In this document: positions 34,492 through 44,105 of the stretch, piece after piece
How positions within the stretch are numbered: position 1 is the stretch's first letter
How the letters are laid out: the number at the start of each line of letters is the position of its first letter
Origin: a virus
Lineage: Duplodnaviria > Caudoviricetes
DNA length: 44,709 bases
Strand: one strand, 5' to 3'
IMG/VR virus record: IMGVR_UViG_3300037424_001364
Coordinates: 1 to 44,709 of that record
Notes under the pieces: model-generated
Seen by the model: the letters and a program-made list of their open reading frames with translations, nothing else
What the model was told of the DNA's origin: nothing
Databases searched by the model: none
Program-made: the position numbers and the translations under genes

Positions 34492-37400
34492 AACTGAATA
34501 TTCATTCCGATATGCTTATGGGAAAATAAAGGATATCATTAGTAACAGTAAGGATGTTGCTGCTATAACTGATAGGTTTACAACCTTTGGACATATCCCA
34601 TTTTTTAAAGAATGCAAAAAGCAAAACAAAAAGCCAATTCTTGGAGTGGAGTTGGCTTTTGTTGATAATGCAAAACTTAAGGTGAAACAGAATCCAAGTT
34701 GGGTGAACTTGATTGCTATCAATCAAGCTGGCTTAAAAAAAATATATGAGTTAGTTAGTAAGAGTACAGGACAAAAATATTATTACAATCGTTTAGACTT
34801 AAGTGAATTAGGAAAAATTGACCCTAAAAATGTAATCATTGTTTATAAAGATGAACAAGCAATGAAGCATCTTAAAGGTAGACCAAACACATTTTTAGGG
34901 GTTTGTGCAATTACACCTTATAATCTGATTCAAAAAACAGAACATAAATTTTTGGCAGTTTCTGATAATCTTTATGATAAAGCTGAACATGAGATATTAT
35001 ACCAGATCATAATGGGGAATGGACAATGGGAGGATTCATCTCACAGCAGACACATTCTAGATGAATGGGAGTGGAGGCATGAGAACAAACACCTTGATGG
35101 GGAATGTGCTGAGGCTGCAATTAGCAATACTAAAGTTTTGGCTGACTCTGTGGAATGTTTTGAATTTCCAAAAGCAAAACTTCCAAAAGCAACTGAGACA
35201 AGATCACTCAAAGAGCTTTGTGTTTCTGCTGCCAATGATAGAAAAATTAATCTTGAAGATCAAGTCTATAGAGATAGACTTGAAAGAGAATTGGATTTAA
35301 TCCATGAAAAGAAGTTTGAAGAATATTTTTATTTGGTTTGGGACTTGGTTTGTTATGCTAAGAAGCACATGCTGGTTGGGCCTGCTCGTGGTTCCTCTGC
35401 TGGTTCTTTAGTATGTTATTTGCTTTATATTACTGATATTGATCCTATTCCACATGGGCTTATATTTGAAAGATTCATTGATATCAATAGAATGGACATG
35501 CCTGATATAGATATAGATTTCCAAGACACAAAAAGGGATATGCTTATTGATTATCTTAAAGACAAATATGGAAGAGATTGTGTGGCTAAATTAGGAACTA
35601 CAAGCCAATACAAACCTAAAGTTTTATTGACAGAACTTGCCAAAGTTTCTGGAGTGCCAGTTTGGGAGATAAATGATTTAAAGAATGCAATTCCAGAAAG
35701 GTCTGGTGGAGATGCCAGAGCAAATAATTGTATTGAAGATACTTTCAAAGATTTGGAAATTGGAAAATTATTCCTTGAAAAATATCCTCAGTTTATTTAT
35801 GCAAAAGAAATTGAATCTCACATGAGGCATACAGGTCAGCATGCTGCTGGCATTGTTGTTTCTGATTCCCCTCTTTATAATTACTGTGCTATTGATCAAA
35901 TTAGTGAAGGGGCAATGCTTGATAAAAAAGATGCAGAAACTGTTAATCTTTTAAAGATGGATTGTCTTGGGTTACGAACATTATCAGTATTACAGGATTG
36001 TATTGATCTTATTAAGAAGGATAGGGATTGGTTGATCAATCTTAAATTAAATGATCAAAAGGCATTTGATGTTGTCAATGAAAGGAAATTTGCAGGCATA
36101 TTCCAATTTGAAGGTTATGCTTTGATTAATACAGCCAAGCAAATTTATGTTGATGAATTTGATACTGTTTCTGCTATTGGAGCACTGGCCAGACCAGGCC
36201 CATTGGTGAGTGGTGGTACAAATAAATATATTGTTAATAAGAATCAACCTGATAATATAAAATACCTTCCTAAGTGTGAAGAGTACACAAAGAAAACTTA
36301 TGGGGTTGTAGTTTACCAAGAACAACTAATGCAAATTTCTAGGGGTGTTGGTGCTTTATCTTGGGAAGATACTAGTGAACTCAGAAAGGCAGCATCAAAA
36401 TCTCTTGGTGATGAATTTTTTGGGAAATACAAAGAGAAATTTATAAAAGGAGCAATTGAAGTTAACAAACTTCCAGCTGAAGAGGCTGAATTGGTGTGGA
36501 GCAGTATTTGTACTTTTGGTTCTTGGGCATTTAATAAGTGTATTTCAGGGAAGACAAAAATCAAGATGGGTGCTGCTGGTGGAAGCTTAAAGCAATGGAC
36601 TACTATTGAAGAGCTTTATGAAATGTATATTTCCAACCCTACTCATTGGACAAAATATAGAAAGCCATTTTTGCAATCTTTGTATCCAGATGGGAAGGTC
36701 AGACCACAACATGCTGTAAATATTTTTAAGAATGGATTGAAAGATTGCTGGGAATATTCCTTTGAGGATGGAACTGAAATTGTTTGTACCAAAGATCATA
36801 AATTCATAATCAATGGGGATTGGAAAGCTTGTGGCAAATCTAAAATTGGGGATGAATTTAGTTATTCAGTTTATGATAAATTGAAGAATAAAGGAAGGAA
36901 TTCCCATTGTAAAGGGAAGAAATATGAGAAAACAAACAGAGGATTTTTAAAAGGGGCAGAAAATCCATCTTATATAAATGGCAAGACAGAAGCAGTGAAA
37001 AAGTTCAGAAACAAAATGAAAAATAATCCTTGTCAAGACACAGGAAAGTTTCATCAGAGAATGGAGATTCACCACAATGATTTTGATCATGGAAGTATCA
37101 ATCCAAATGATCTTTCTTGGTTGACTCCATCAGCTCATAAAAAAAGACATTATGAAAATAATAGAAAGAAGAGGTGGGAAAAAGGCCATATAGTTTTATC
37201 TAAGAAATTGATTAAAATTAAGCATGTTGGAATGGAAATGACCTATGATATTGAGATGCCTAATCATCACAACTATGTTATTGAAGGTGGCATCATTACC
37301 CACAATAGTCACTCTATTAGTTATGGCTTGATAAGTTATTGGTGCATGGTATTGAAAGCATACTTCCCTTTGGAATTTGCACTTGCTACTTTGCAGAATG

Positions 37401-38086
37401 CCAAGAGTGAGGATCAAGTAATTGGATTGTTAAAAGAATTATCAAAAGAGGGATTCACATTTAAACCATTTGATAAAGATTTATCAGAAGTTGGTTGGAG
37501 TATTAAAGATGGTAGTCTGGTTGGTGGGTTTACTAATGTTAAAGGAATAGGACCAAAAAAAGCAAAGTCAATGATAAGGAAAATTAAAGGTGGTGAGGTG
37601 CTGACTGTTGCAGAAAAGAGAAGCATTTATAATGCTGAAACTCCTTATGATAAAATATTTGAATTTAGAGAAAATTTTTCTGGCTTCTATGATAACTGGG
37701 AATTGTTTTTTAAGGAACAACCTGTTTACCTTCAAGATATTGAAGATGGGGAGGTGGTAAGATTTATTGCCAAATCTGTTTCAGTGTCTTTGAGGGATGC
37801 CAATGAAGAGATTCTTGTGAAGAAAAGAAATGGTGAGGTAATCAAAGATGGTAAAACAAATTTTCTTGATATTAAGTTTGCTGATGATACTGATACTGTC
37901 CCTGCTCGTATTGATAGATGGAAGTTTGAATCATTTGGTAGGGATATTTCTGAAAAACATAAATTAGGAAGTTATTACCTTGTTCAAGGTCAATGTTGTA
38001 AAGGATTCAAATTTATAATGATTAAAAATATAAAAAGGATAACCAAAGAAGAAATTCTTGAAAAAATTAAAAGGAGCAAGGAGTGA
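34472..38086 (+). CDS. dnaE: DNA polymerase III alpha subunit (family C) containing an intein
   Basis: GPARGSSAGSLV, FERFI, PDIDIDF, HAAG, KMDCLGL, YQEQ, FNK/SH. Confidence 0.96.
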   Translation: MINCLVKTEYSFRYAYGKIKDIISNSKDVAAITDRFTTFGHIPFFKECKKQNKKPILGVELAFVDNAKLKVKQNPSWVNLIAINQAGLKKIYELVSKSTGQKYYYNRLDLSELGKIDPKNVIIVYKDEQAMKHLKGRPNTFLGVCAITPYNLIQKTEHKFLAVSDNLYDKAEHEILYQIIMGNGQWEDSSHSRHILDEWEWRHENKHLDGECAEAAISNTKVLADSVECFEFPKAKLPKATETRSLKELCVSAANDRKINLEDQVYRDRLERELDLIHEKKFEEYFYLVWDLVCYAKKHMLVGPARGSSAGSLVCYLLYITDIDPIPHGLIFERFIDINRMDMPDIDIDFQDTKRDMLIDYLKDKYGRDCVAKLGTTSQYKPKVLLTELAKVSGVPVWEINDLKNAIPERSGGDARANNCIEDTFKDLEIGKLFLEKYPQFIYAKEIESHMRHTGQHAAGIVVSDSPLYNYCAIDQISEGAMLDKKDAETVNLLKMDCLGLRTLSVLQDCIDLIKKDRDWLINLKLNDQKAFDVVNERKFAGIFQFEGYALINTAKQIYVDEFDTVSAIGALARPGPLVSGGTNKYIVNKNQPDNIKYLPKCEEYTKKTYGVVVYQEQLMQISRGVGALSWEDTSELRKAASKSLGDEFFGKYKEKFIKGAIEVNKLPAEEAELVWSSICTFGSWAFNKCISGKTKIKMGAAGGSLKQWTTIEELYEMYISNPTHWTKYRKPFLQSLYPDGKVRPQHAVNIFKNGLKDCWEYSFEDGTEIVCTKDHKFIINGDWKACGKSKIGDEFSYSVYDKLKNKGRNSHCKGKKYEKTNRGFLKGAENPSYINGKTEAVKKFRNKMKNNPCQDTGKFHQRMEIHHNDFDHGSINPNDLSWLTPSAHKKRHYENNRKKRWEKGHIVLSKKLIKIKHVGMEMTYDIEMPNHHNYVIEGGIITHNSHSISYGLISYWCMVLKAYFPLEFALATLQNAKSEDQVIGLLKELSKEGFTFKPFDKDLSEVGWSIKDGSLVGGFTNVKGIGPKKAKSMIRKIKGGEVLTVAEKRSIYNAETPYDKIFEFRENFSGFYDNWELFFKEQPVYLQDIEDGEVVRFIAKSVSVSLRDANEEILVKKRNGEVIKDGKTNFLDIKFADDTDTVPARIDRWKFESFGRDISEKHKLGSYYLVQGQCCKGFKFIMIKNIKRITKEEILEKIKRSKE
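36539..37306 (+). mobile_element. 256-aa intein with an HNH endonuclease domain
   Basis: Splits FNK|SH; begins CISGKT, block B CTKDHKF, ends TYDIE..HNY....IITHN followed by Ser; internal IHHND....N...L..L....H...H. Confidence 0.93.
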
Positions 38087-38250
38087 AAGCAATTACAATG
38101 TATAGATACCTTTACACTTATGTTGATGATGGAAATATTTTTAGGTGGACTGAATGGACAACTGAGGATTGGGACTTTGCTAAATTTAGGATTGGTGGGA
38201 TGGGTTATCCTAAACTAATAGACACAGATGTTATGGTGACAAGAATATGA
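38083..38250 (+). CDS. 55-aa hypothetical protein (not in the ORF track)
   Basis: GTG start after AGGAG; fills the gap with 4-bp overlaps at both ends. Confidence 0.55.
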   Translation: MKAITMYRYLYTYVDDGNIFRWTEWTTEDWDFAKFRIGGMGYPKLIDTDVMVTRI

Positions 38251-38723
38251 AACAACAAAAAGCAGTTATAAGTGATATTGATGGGACCTTAACAATATTC
38301 TACAATGATGCATTGAAGCATTATAAAGATAAAGATTATGATTCTTTTAATGATGCTTGCTTAAGACTTCCCCCAAGGGAACAAGCAATCAATCACCTCA
38401 ATAAATTAATTGATAAACATGATTGTAAGATTATATTCATGACCGGGAGACCAGCAAGACTAATACATGAAACAACAAGATTCCTTATTACAAATTTTCC
38501 AGTAGGGAAGTATGAACTATTCATGAGACCCCCAGCAGATTATAGACCAAGCAAAGATTTGAAAGAGCAATGGACAAGAGGGCTTATCAGAAATAATTAT
38601 AATATTTTTAGGGCATATGATGATAGAAAAGAAATTTTACAAATGATGGAAGATAAATTCCACATATCAGGAGTCCATGTTGGACTTGATTACTTTGGAG
38701 GTAATGATGAAAGTCATGAGTAA
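38247..38723 (+). CDS. HAD-family phosphatase (PNKP phosphatase / nucleotidase-like)
   Basis: DIDGTL, MTGR, LFMR, K, YDDR. Confidence 0.88.
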   Translation: MKQQKAVISDIDGTLTIFYNDALKHYKDKDYDSFNDACLRLPPREQAINHLNKLIDKHDCKIIFMTGRPARLIHETTRFLITNFPVGKYELFMRPPADYRPSKDLKEQWTRGLIRNNYNIFRAYDDRKEILQMMEDKFHISGVHVGLDYFGGNDESHE

Positions 38724-39267
38724 ACCAATAGAGATATTGGCAAATGAAGCAGGAAAATTGGTTGATGAAATCAATGAATTGGATGCAAAGATTAAACAAA
38801 GGCAAGCAAGGTTACACATCATCAAAACAAAAGACCTTGCTGAGTTAATGGACAATGAGGGCATTGAAATTGGTTCTAAATTTGTAATGTCCAATGGCAA
38901 GACCATCCATGTCAAGGAATTTTTCACATGCAGTATCCCATCCCTTTCAGCTATCCTGAAAGAAAAGGACAGCTTAAAACAAATATCTTTACAAGATAAG
39001 AGGAAAAAAGCCTTTGCTTGGTTGGATTCAAAAGGGAAAGGGGACATTATTAAAAACACAATTACTGCTCTATTCAATAGAGAAGAGGCTGAAAAGGCAA
39101 AAGCATTAATGAATGTTTTGGCTGAAAAGGGGATTACCTGTCAAAGGGATGAGAATGTCCATTCTGCAACACTGACTGCAACACTTAGGGAAGCAATGGG
39201 CAATGGTGAGGAAGTCCCAACAGATGTGTTTGCTATTTATAGAGGTACAATTGTTGATGTTAAATAA
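38704..39267 (+). CDS. Conserved phage replication-module protein
   Basis: AFAWL---GKGDIIK...VH-ATL-A-LRE motif, typically upstream of the SSB-like gene. Confidence 0.65.
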   Translation: MMKVMSKPIEILANEAGKLVDEINELDAKIKQRQARLHIIKTKDLAELMDNEGIEIGSKFVMSNGKTIHVKEFFTCSIPSLSAILKEKDSLKQISLQDKRKKAFAWLDSKGKGDIIKNTITALFNREEAEKAKALMNVLAEKGITCQRDENVHSATLTATLREAMGNGEEVPTDVFAIYRGTIVDVK

Positions 39268-39496
39268 CCTTTCCATTTCCATTATTTTTTACCTTTACTT
39301 AATTATGGGGTGTATAGTAGGATATTTTTTCATCCTGTTATTAACCCCACAATCAAAGGGAGATTTAACATTCAACATTGTAATTATTTTATTGAGTCTA
39401 ATTTTCTGGCCTTTACCATTCTTGGCTTTTCTGCTTGGGGTGTTTAGGACAGTAATTGGTGTAACAATCATTATCCATAGGAGAAAAAAGAAATGA
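39257..39496 (+). CDS. Small two-TM membrane protein
   Basis: Two hydrophobic stretches and a basic C-terminus; start uncertain. Confidence 0.5.
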   Translation: MLNNLSISIIFYLYLIMGCIVGYFFILLLTPQSKGDLTFNIVIILLSLIFWPLPFLAFLLGVFRTVIGVTIIIHRRKKK

Positions 39497-40308
39497 AAAA
39501 TGAACTAGTGAAAACAAAAGGAAATGAGCTTGTTTTTAATAATGAGCTTGATGAGAAGACAATTGCTATGATGGAATCTGATGCTGAGAATTATCAAGAT
39601 GATACAGCAGCAGAAGATATAGCAATTCCAAGAATCAATTTGCTACAAAGTGGAAGTAAGCAAGTTAAAAAAGCAGAAGCTGAATACATTAAAGGTGCAG
39701 AGGAAGGTGACCTTTTTAATACTCTTACAAAAGAAGTTATTGCTGGTGATGTTGGTATTTATTTTGTTCCTGTTAAAAGAAGAGTTGTTTACATTCATTG
39801 GAAAGATATTGATGCTGGTGGTGGTCTTATTGAGAACTTTGGAGAAGACCCAACTGCATTTAATAAAGTTGAACCTAATGAAACTGGGCACAGAAGAACA
39901 TCAGACACAACTGAGATTGTTAAGACTCATGAAACTTTTGGATTTGTTATTGATCCCAAAGTTGGAACTTTTACTGAGGTTTTACTTGGTCTTGCATCTA
40001 CCAATGAAAAGAAACAGAAGGTTTTCAATAGTCTAATAAGACAATTAAGAGGAACAAAAGGGCAAATGCTTCCTGAGTATGCTGGTGTTTATAAGATTAC
40101 AACAACCCCAGAAAAGAATGATAAGGGGTCATGGTATACTTTTAATTTCACAGCAGCAGGCAAAACTCTTGCCCTTGGTACTCTTGGTGCTAATGTTTAT
40201 GAAGCTGGAAAAAAATTTAGAGAGATGATACTTAATAATGACATCAATGTTAAGTATGATCAAGATGTTACTGAGGAAGCATTTGATGCTTCTGATGAAA
40301 CTATGTAG
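39493..40308 (+). CDS. Putative ssDNA-binding protein
   Basis: DIAIPRINLLQ...GAEEGDLFNTLT...NDKGSWY; acidic C-terminal tail. Confidence 0.65.
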   Translation: MKNELVKTKGNELVFNNELDEKTIAMMESDAENYQDDTAAEDIAIPRINLLQSGSKQVKKAEAEYIKGAEEGDLFNTLTKEVIAGDVGIYFVPVKRRVVYIHWKDIDAGGGLIENFGEDPTAFNKVEPNETGHRRTSDTTEIVKTHETFGFVIDPKVGTFTEVLLGLASTNEKKQKVFNSLIRQLRGTKGQMLPEYAGVYKITTTPEKNDKGSWYTFNFTAAGKTLALGTLGANVYEAGKKFREMILNNDINVKYDQDVTEEAFDASDETM

Positions 40309-40429
40309 ATTAATATTCCTGTGTTGGGGTGATGACGTACCCAGTACCAAACGCAAGTTGAGCAAAAGTAAAACCATTCAAGTTGGGTATCTTGTAAAAA
40401 ATACCCACTCATTTTAATGGAGTTATAAA

Positions 40430-41938
40430 GTGAAAGATGTCATTGCTAAATTTTTAAAAGTCTTTGATGGGTATGAAAATGCCTATGGCCAATATGGTGG
40501 ACTTAAAGAAAAGGACAATGGCAAAGTATCAGGACATGCACAAACAATAACAGGACCAATCCCAAATAATGTAGCTGAGAATCATCTTAAAGGGATTTCA
40601 AGTGGTCTTGGAATTGTCCCTCTTAAATCTGACAACACTGTTAGATTTGGGGCTATTGATTTGGATATAGTTGGTGTGGGTGCTTTAACTCATACAATTG
40701 ATCAGATTGAAAATAAAGTGACTAGACTTGGATTACCTCTTGTTTGCTGCACAACCAAGAGCAATGGGATTCATCTTTATTGTTTTACCTCTGAGCCAAT
40801 CTCAGCAGAGTTGATGATTAAAAGATTAAAAGAATGGGCAACTTATTTAGGATATGGAAGCAGTGAAATATTTCCAAAGCAATCCTATAGATTGAATGAA
40901 AATGATATTGGGAATTGGATTAATCTCCCTTATTTTGGTGGAGATGAATCAAACCGGTTTTGTGTTAATAAGAATAAAAAAGCATCACTTGCTGAGTTTT
41001 TTGATTTTGTTGAAGTTGTTAGGATGCCTAAACAAGAGTTGGAAAATTTCAAAGTTGATGGGGCTGATGAAGAATACAATGATGCTCCACCATGTTTGCA
41101 AATATTGAAAGATATTGGAATAGAAGAGGGGAGCAGAAACAATGGTGCCTTTTCTTTTGCTGTTTACCTTAAGAAAAAAGATGAGAATAATTGGCAGAAC
41201 AAACTCGAGGAATTAAATAGTAGTATCATCAGTCCACCACTTATGGTCTCAGAAATAGATGAGATTAAAAGATCAGTTGATAAAAGAGATTTCTTTTATA
41301 AGTGTTCTGAATATCCTCTCATCCAATATTGTAATAAGGCAGAATGTAAAAAAAGAAAATATGGTATTGGTCAAAGTAGTGAATTTGAAATGTTCAGATT
41401 TGATCATATTACAAAATATAATTCAGGGGATGAAGTCTGGTGGTTTGCAGAATATCAAGGGCAAAGAATACAACTAACAACAGAAGAGATATTAATGCAA
41501 GTAAAATTGCAAACAAAACTTCTGGAAAAATTAAATATAGTTTTGCACCCTGTTAAAAATGCAGTATGGTTAGAGACTATAAAACTTTTAATCAATGATT
41601 GTGTAGAGGTAAAGGAACCAGAACAAGCAAGTAGGAAAGGACAATTTTTTGAGTTGTTTGATTCATTCCTATGTGCTGGTGCTCCTGCTGAGAAAAAAGA
41701 TGATTTAATGAAATTTAACACATATATTGAAGGAACAAAAATACACTTTCGAGGAGTTAAGCTGTTTTCATTCCTTAAAAATAAAAAATTCAAACACTCA
41801 GAACGAGAAATATGGAATTGGCTAAAAGATGAAGGGGCAGAAAGCAAGAAAATAAAAGTTGCTAAGAAGTCTATTAATGTGTGGGTCTTTGATTCACCTG
41901 AACAATTTGACCTTGATCCTGATGAAGAGAAAATATAA
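40430..41938 (+). CDS. AEP-type primase with a PriCT-like domain
   Basis: HLKG..GIVPL...FGAIDLD, TKSNGIHLY, EIFPKQ, INLPY, PPCL...GSRNNG. Confidence 0.85.
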   Translation: MKDVIAKFLKVFDGYENAYGQYGGLKEKDNGKVSGHAQTITGPIPNNVAENHLKGISSGLGIVPLKSDNTVRFGAIDLDIVGVGALTHTIDQIENKVTRLGLPLVCCTTKSNGIHLYCFTSEPISAELMIKRLKEWATYLGYGSSEIFPKQSYRLNENDIGNWINLPYFGGDESNRFCVNKNKKASLAEFFDFVEVVRMPKQELENFKVDGADEEYNDAPPCLQILKDIGIEEGSRNNGAFSFAVYLKKKDENNWQNKLEELNSSIISPPLMVSEIDEIKRSVDKRDFFYKCSEYPLIQYCNKAECKKRKYGIGQSSEFEMFRFDHITKYNSGDEVWWFAEYQGQRIQLTTEEILMQVKLQTKLLEKLNIVLHPVKNAVWLETIKLLINDCVEVKEPEQASRKGQFFELFDSFLCAGAPAEKKDDLMKFNTYIEGTKIHFRGVKLFSFLKNKKFKHSEREIWNWLKDEGAESKKIKVAKKSINVWVFDSPEQFDLDPDEEKI

Positions 41939-43403
41939 AGATCACATTAAAAGCCTTTTTCATGAAAATGAAGTCCATAAAATATTTGGGCCTGCAGGAA
42001 CTGGAAAAACAACCTACCTCATAAATGAATTAAAAAAAATATTCCAAGCAGGAATAGAACCAGAAAGAATTGCTTTTGTTTCTTTTACTAATAGAGCAGT
42101 TGATGAATTGGTGATGAGATGTTCTCAGGAATTTAATCATCTTGATAAAGAGGCATTCAAATTTTTCAGAACAATTCATAGCCTTTGTTATCGAATGGGT
42201 GGAAATGAAGAAATGCAAATTATAAAGCAAACTGATCTTTGTGCTCTTGGAAAGAAGAATGGCTTTGAAATATCCACATTTAGGAATCTTGAAGATGGCT
42301 TCGGAATTAAGCAAGGTGATAAAGTGGTAAATGTTGAAAGTCTTGCTAGATTAAGAATGACTTCATTGGAAGAGCAGTGGAGAGATTGTAATTATGAAGA
42401 GCTTCCATTCCCAATGGTCAAGGATTGGGTTGATATTTATTCTGCATATAAGATGAATGAAAAGAAAATTGACTTCACTGATCTTCTTGAGAATTGCGAT
42501 AGTGTATTGGATGTAGATTACCTATTCATTGATGAGTGTCAAGATTTATCTCCACTCCAATGGAAGGTTATGAGTAGGGCTGCTGAGAATTGTAAAAGAG
42601 TTTATATTGCTGGTGATGATGATCAATCTATTTATGGCTGGGCTGGTGCTGAGATTGATTACATATTAAATATTAAGGCTGACAAAAATGAAGTCCTTCC
42701 AAAAAGTTATAGGCTTCCAGAGGCTATTTTCAAAGTAAGTGGCCAAATTTTAAAGAGAATCAAACAAAGACAACCTAAAAAATACACTCATAATGGGAAG
42801 AAAGGGATCATTGAACATGTTTCTGGATTTGACATTGTGGATTATGCAAAGGAAACTGACTGCCTTGTTCTTTGTAGAAACAGGTGGCAAATCAAAGATG
42901 TCAAGCTACACCTAGAAGAGATTGGGGTGCCATATTCAGTCTTTAATAAAAGCTCACTAGACTGTAAGGAAGTGGAGGCAGTCCTGTATTGGGAAAATTT
43001 TAGAAAAGGAAGGGAGCTGAGCCCAGCCCAATATAAGGTCATCTGCAAATTCAGCAAGAAACTGAAGGGGATTCTTTCAGCCAGACATGTGCCTAAAGAC
43101 TTTTTAGATTACAAATGGTTTGAGATTATGGACTTGATGCCTAATGATATGAAGAATTACATTAGAAGAGTTGTCCAATCTGGCCATAAGATTAATCAAA
43201 TGCCTAAAATTAATTTGAGTACAATCCACCAGAGTAAAGGGGGAGAAGCTGACACTGTTGTCCTTCTGACTGATGTTTCAACTACAGTTTGGGAGAATAT
43301 CCATAAAGATGATGAGCATCGGGTTTGGTATGTTGCAACTACAAGGGCAAAAAATAAATTAGTAATAGTGCAAGAACAAGGCACAAGGTATTATCAATTA
43401 TAA
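41922..43403 (+). CDS. UvrD/Rep-like SF1 helicase
   Basis: GPAGTGKTT, TIHS, IDECQD, GDDDQSIY, SYR, TIHQSKGGE, YVATTRAK. Confidence 0.93.
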   Translation: MKRKYKDHIKSLFHENEVHKIFGPAGTGKTTYLINELKKIFQAGIEPERIAFVSFTNRAVDELVMRCSQEFNHLDKEAFKFFRTIHSLCYRMGGNEEMQIIKQTDLCALGKKNGFEISTFRNLEDGFGIKQGDKVVNVESLARLRMTSLEEQWRDCNYEELPFPMVKDWVDIYSAYKMNEKKIDFTDLLENCDSVLDVDYLFIDECQDLSPLQWKVMSRAAENCKRVYIAGDDDQSIYGWAGAEIDYILNIKADKNEVLPKSYRLPEAIFKVSGQILKRIKQRQPKKYTHNGKKGIIEHVSGFDIVDYAKETDCLVLCRNRWQIKDVKLHLEEIGVPYSVFNKSSLDCKEVEAVLYWENFRKGRELSPAQYKVICKFSKKLKGILSARHVPKDFLDYKWFEIMDLMPNDMKNYIRRVVQSGHKINQMPKINLSTIHQSKGGEADTVVLLTDVSTTVWENIHKDDEHRVWYVATTRAKNKLVIVQEQGTRYYQL

Positions 43404-43416
43404 AGGGAGTTTAGAA

Positions 43417-43737
43417 ATGGACATTACAATTAAAGGGAAGATTTTGTCATCAGAGTGCGTTGGGAGTGAGTTATTATTTAGGTTGGCTGGTCACTCAAAA
43501 ATTATGAAACTTGATTTATTCACAGGATGCCGATTGTTTAAGATTGCCAAAGGTCTTAAGGCAGTTGAAAAAACAATTTATGATATTTTAAGAGGGGCAA
43601 GATTTGAAGCAGTTGGTCATTGCTATAACTCTGAAATGCTTGTTGTTGATTTTATTAAATTGGATGATGAGTTTAAAAAGCAGATTGATTCATTCTTGGT
43701 TTGTGTAAAAGAAGCAAAGAGTAAGGAGTTAAAATGA
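43417..43737 (+). CDS. Hypothetical protein
   Basis: GGAG RBS. Confidence 0.55.
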   Translation: MDITIKGKILSSECVGSELLFRLAGHSKIMKLDLFTGCRLFKIAKGLKAVEKTIYDILRGARFEAVGHCYNSEMLVVDFIKLDDEFKKQIDSFLVCVKEAKSKELK

Positions 43738-44105
43738 GATTAAAAATAAAATTCAAAGTAAGATTGGAAAATGGGAAAGATGATGAATTGACGCACAAGA
43801 TCAATAAAGATTACATCTACCAATTTTCAAACAATGGGTTATCATACAAGTTTTTTAATGCTGTGAAATTAAGAGTAATGATTTTGATTGTTTCTTTAGA
43901 TAATAAAACATATTATTGGTGTGCAACAATGCCATATGATATGATATTTAAAAGTTACCCAATGATGAGAGCAGATGCCCACAAGTTCAAAAAGGGATTT
44001 AAAACCAAAATATTGGAGGCATTAGTTAATGCCCACATCAAGAAGATCACAGATACACAAAACCCAGAAACATTTAATACCTTCATTCAAAGCACAGTGA
44101 AATAA
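43734..44105 (+). CDS. Hypothetical protein
   Basis: AGGAG RBS; overlap coupling. Confidence 0.55.
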   Translation: MRLKIKFKVRLENGKDDELTHKINKDYIYQFSNNGLSYKFFNAVKLRVMILIVSLDNKTYYWCATMPYDMIFKSYPMMRADAHKFKKGFKTKILEALVNAHIKKITDTQNPETFNTFIQSTVK

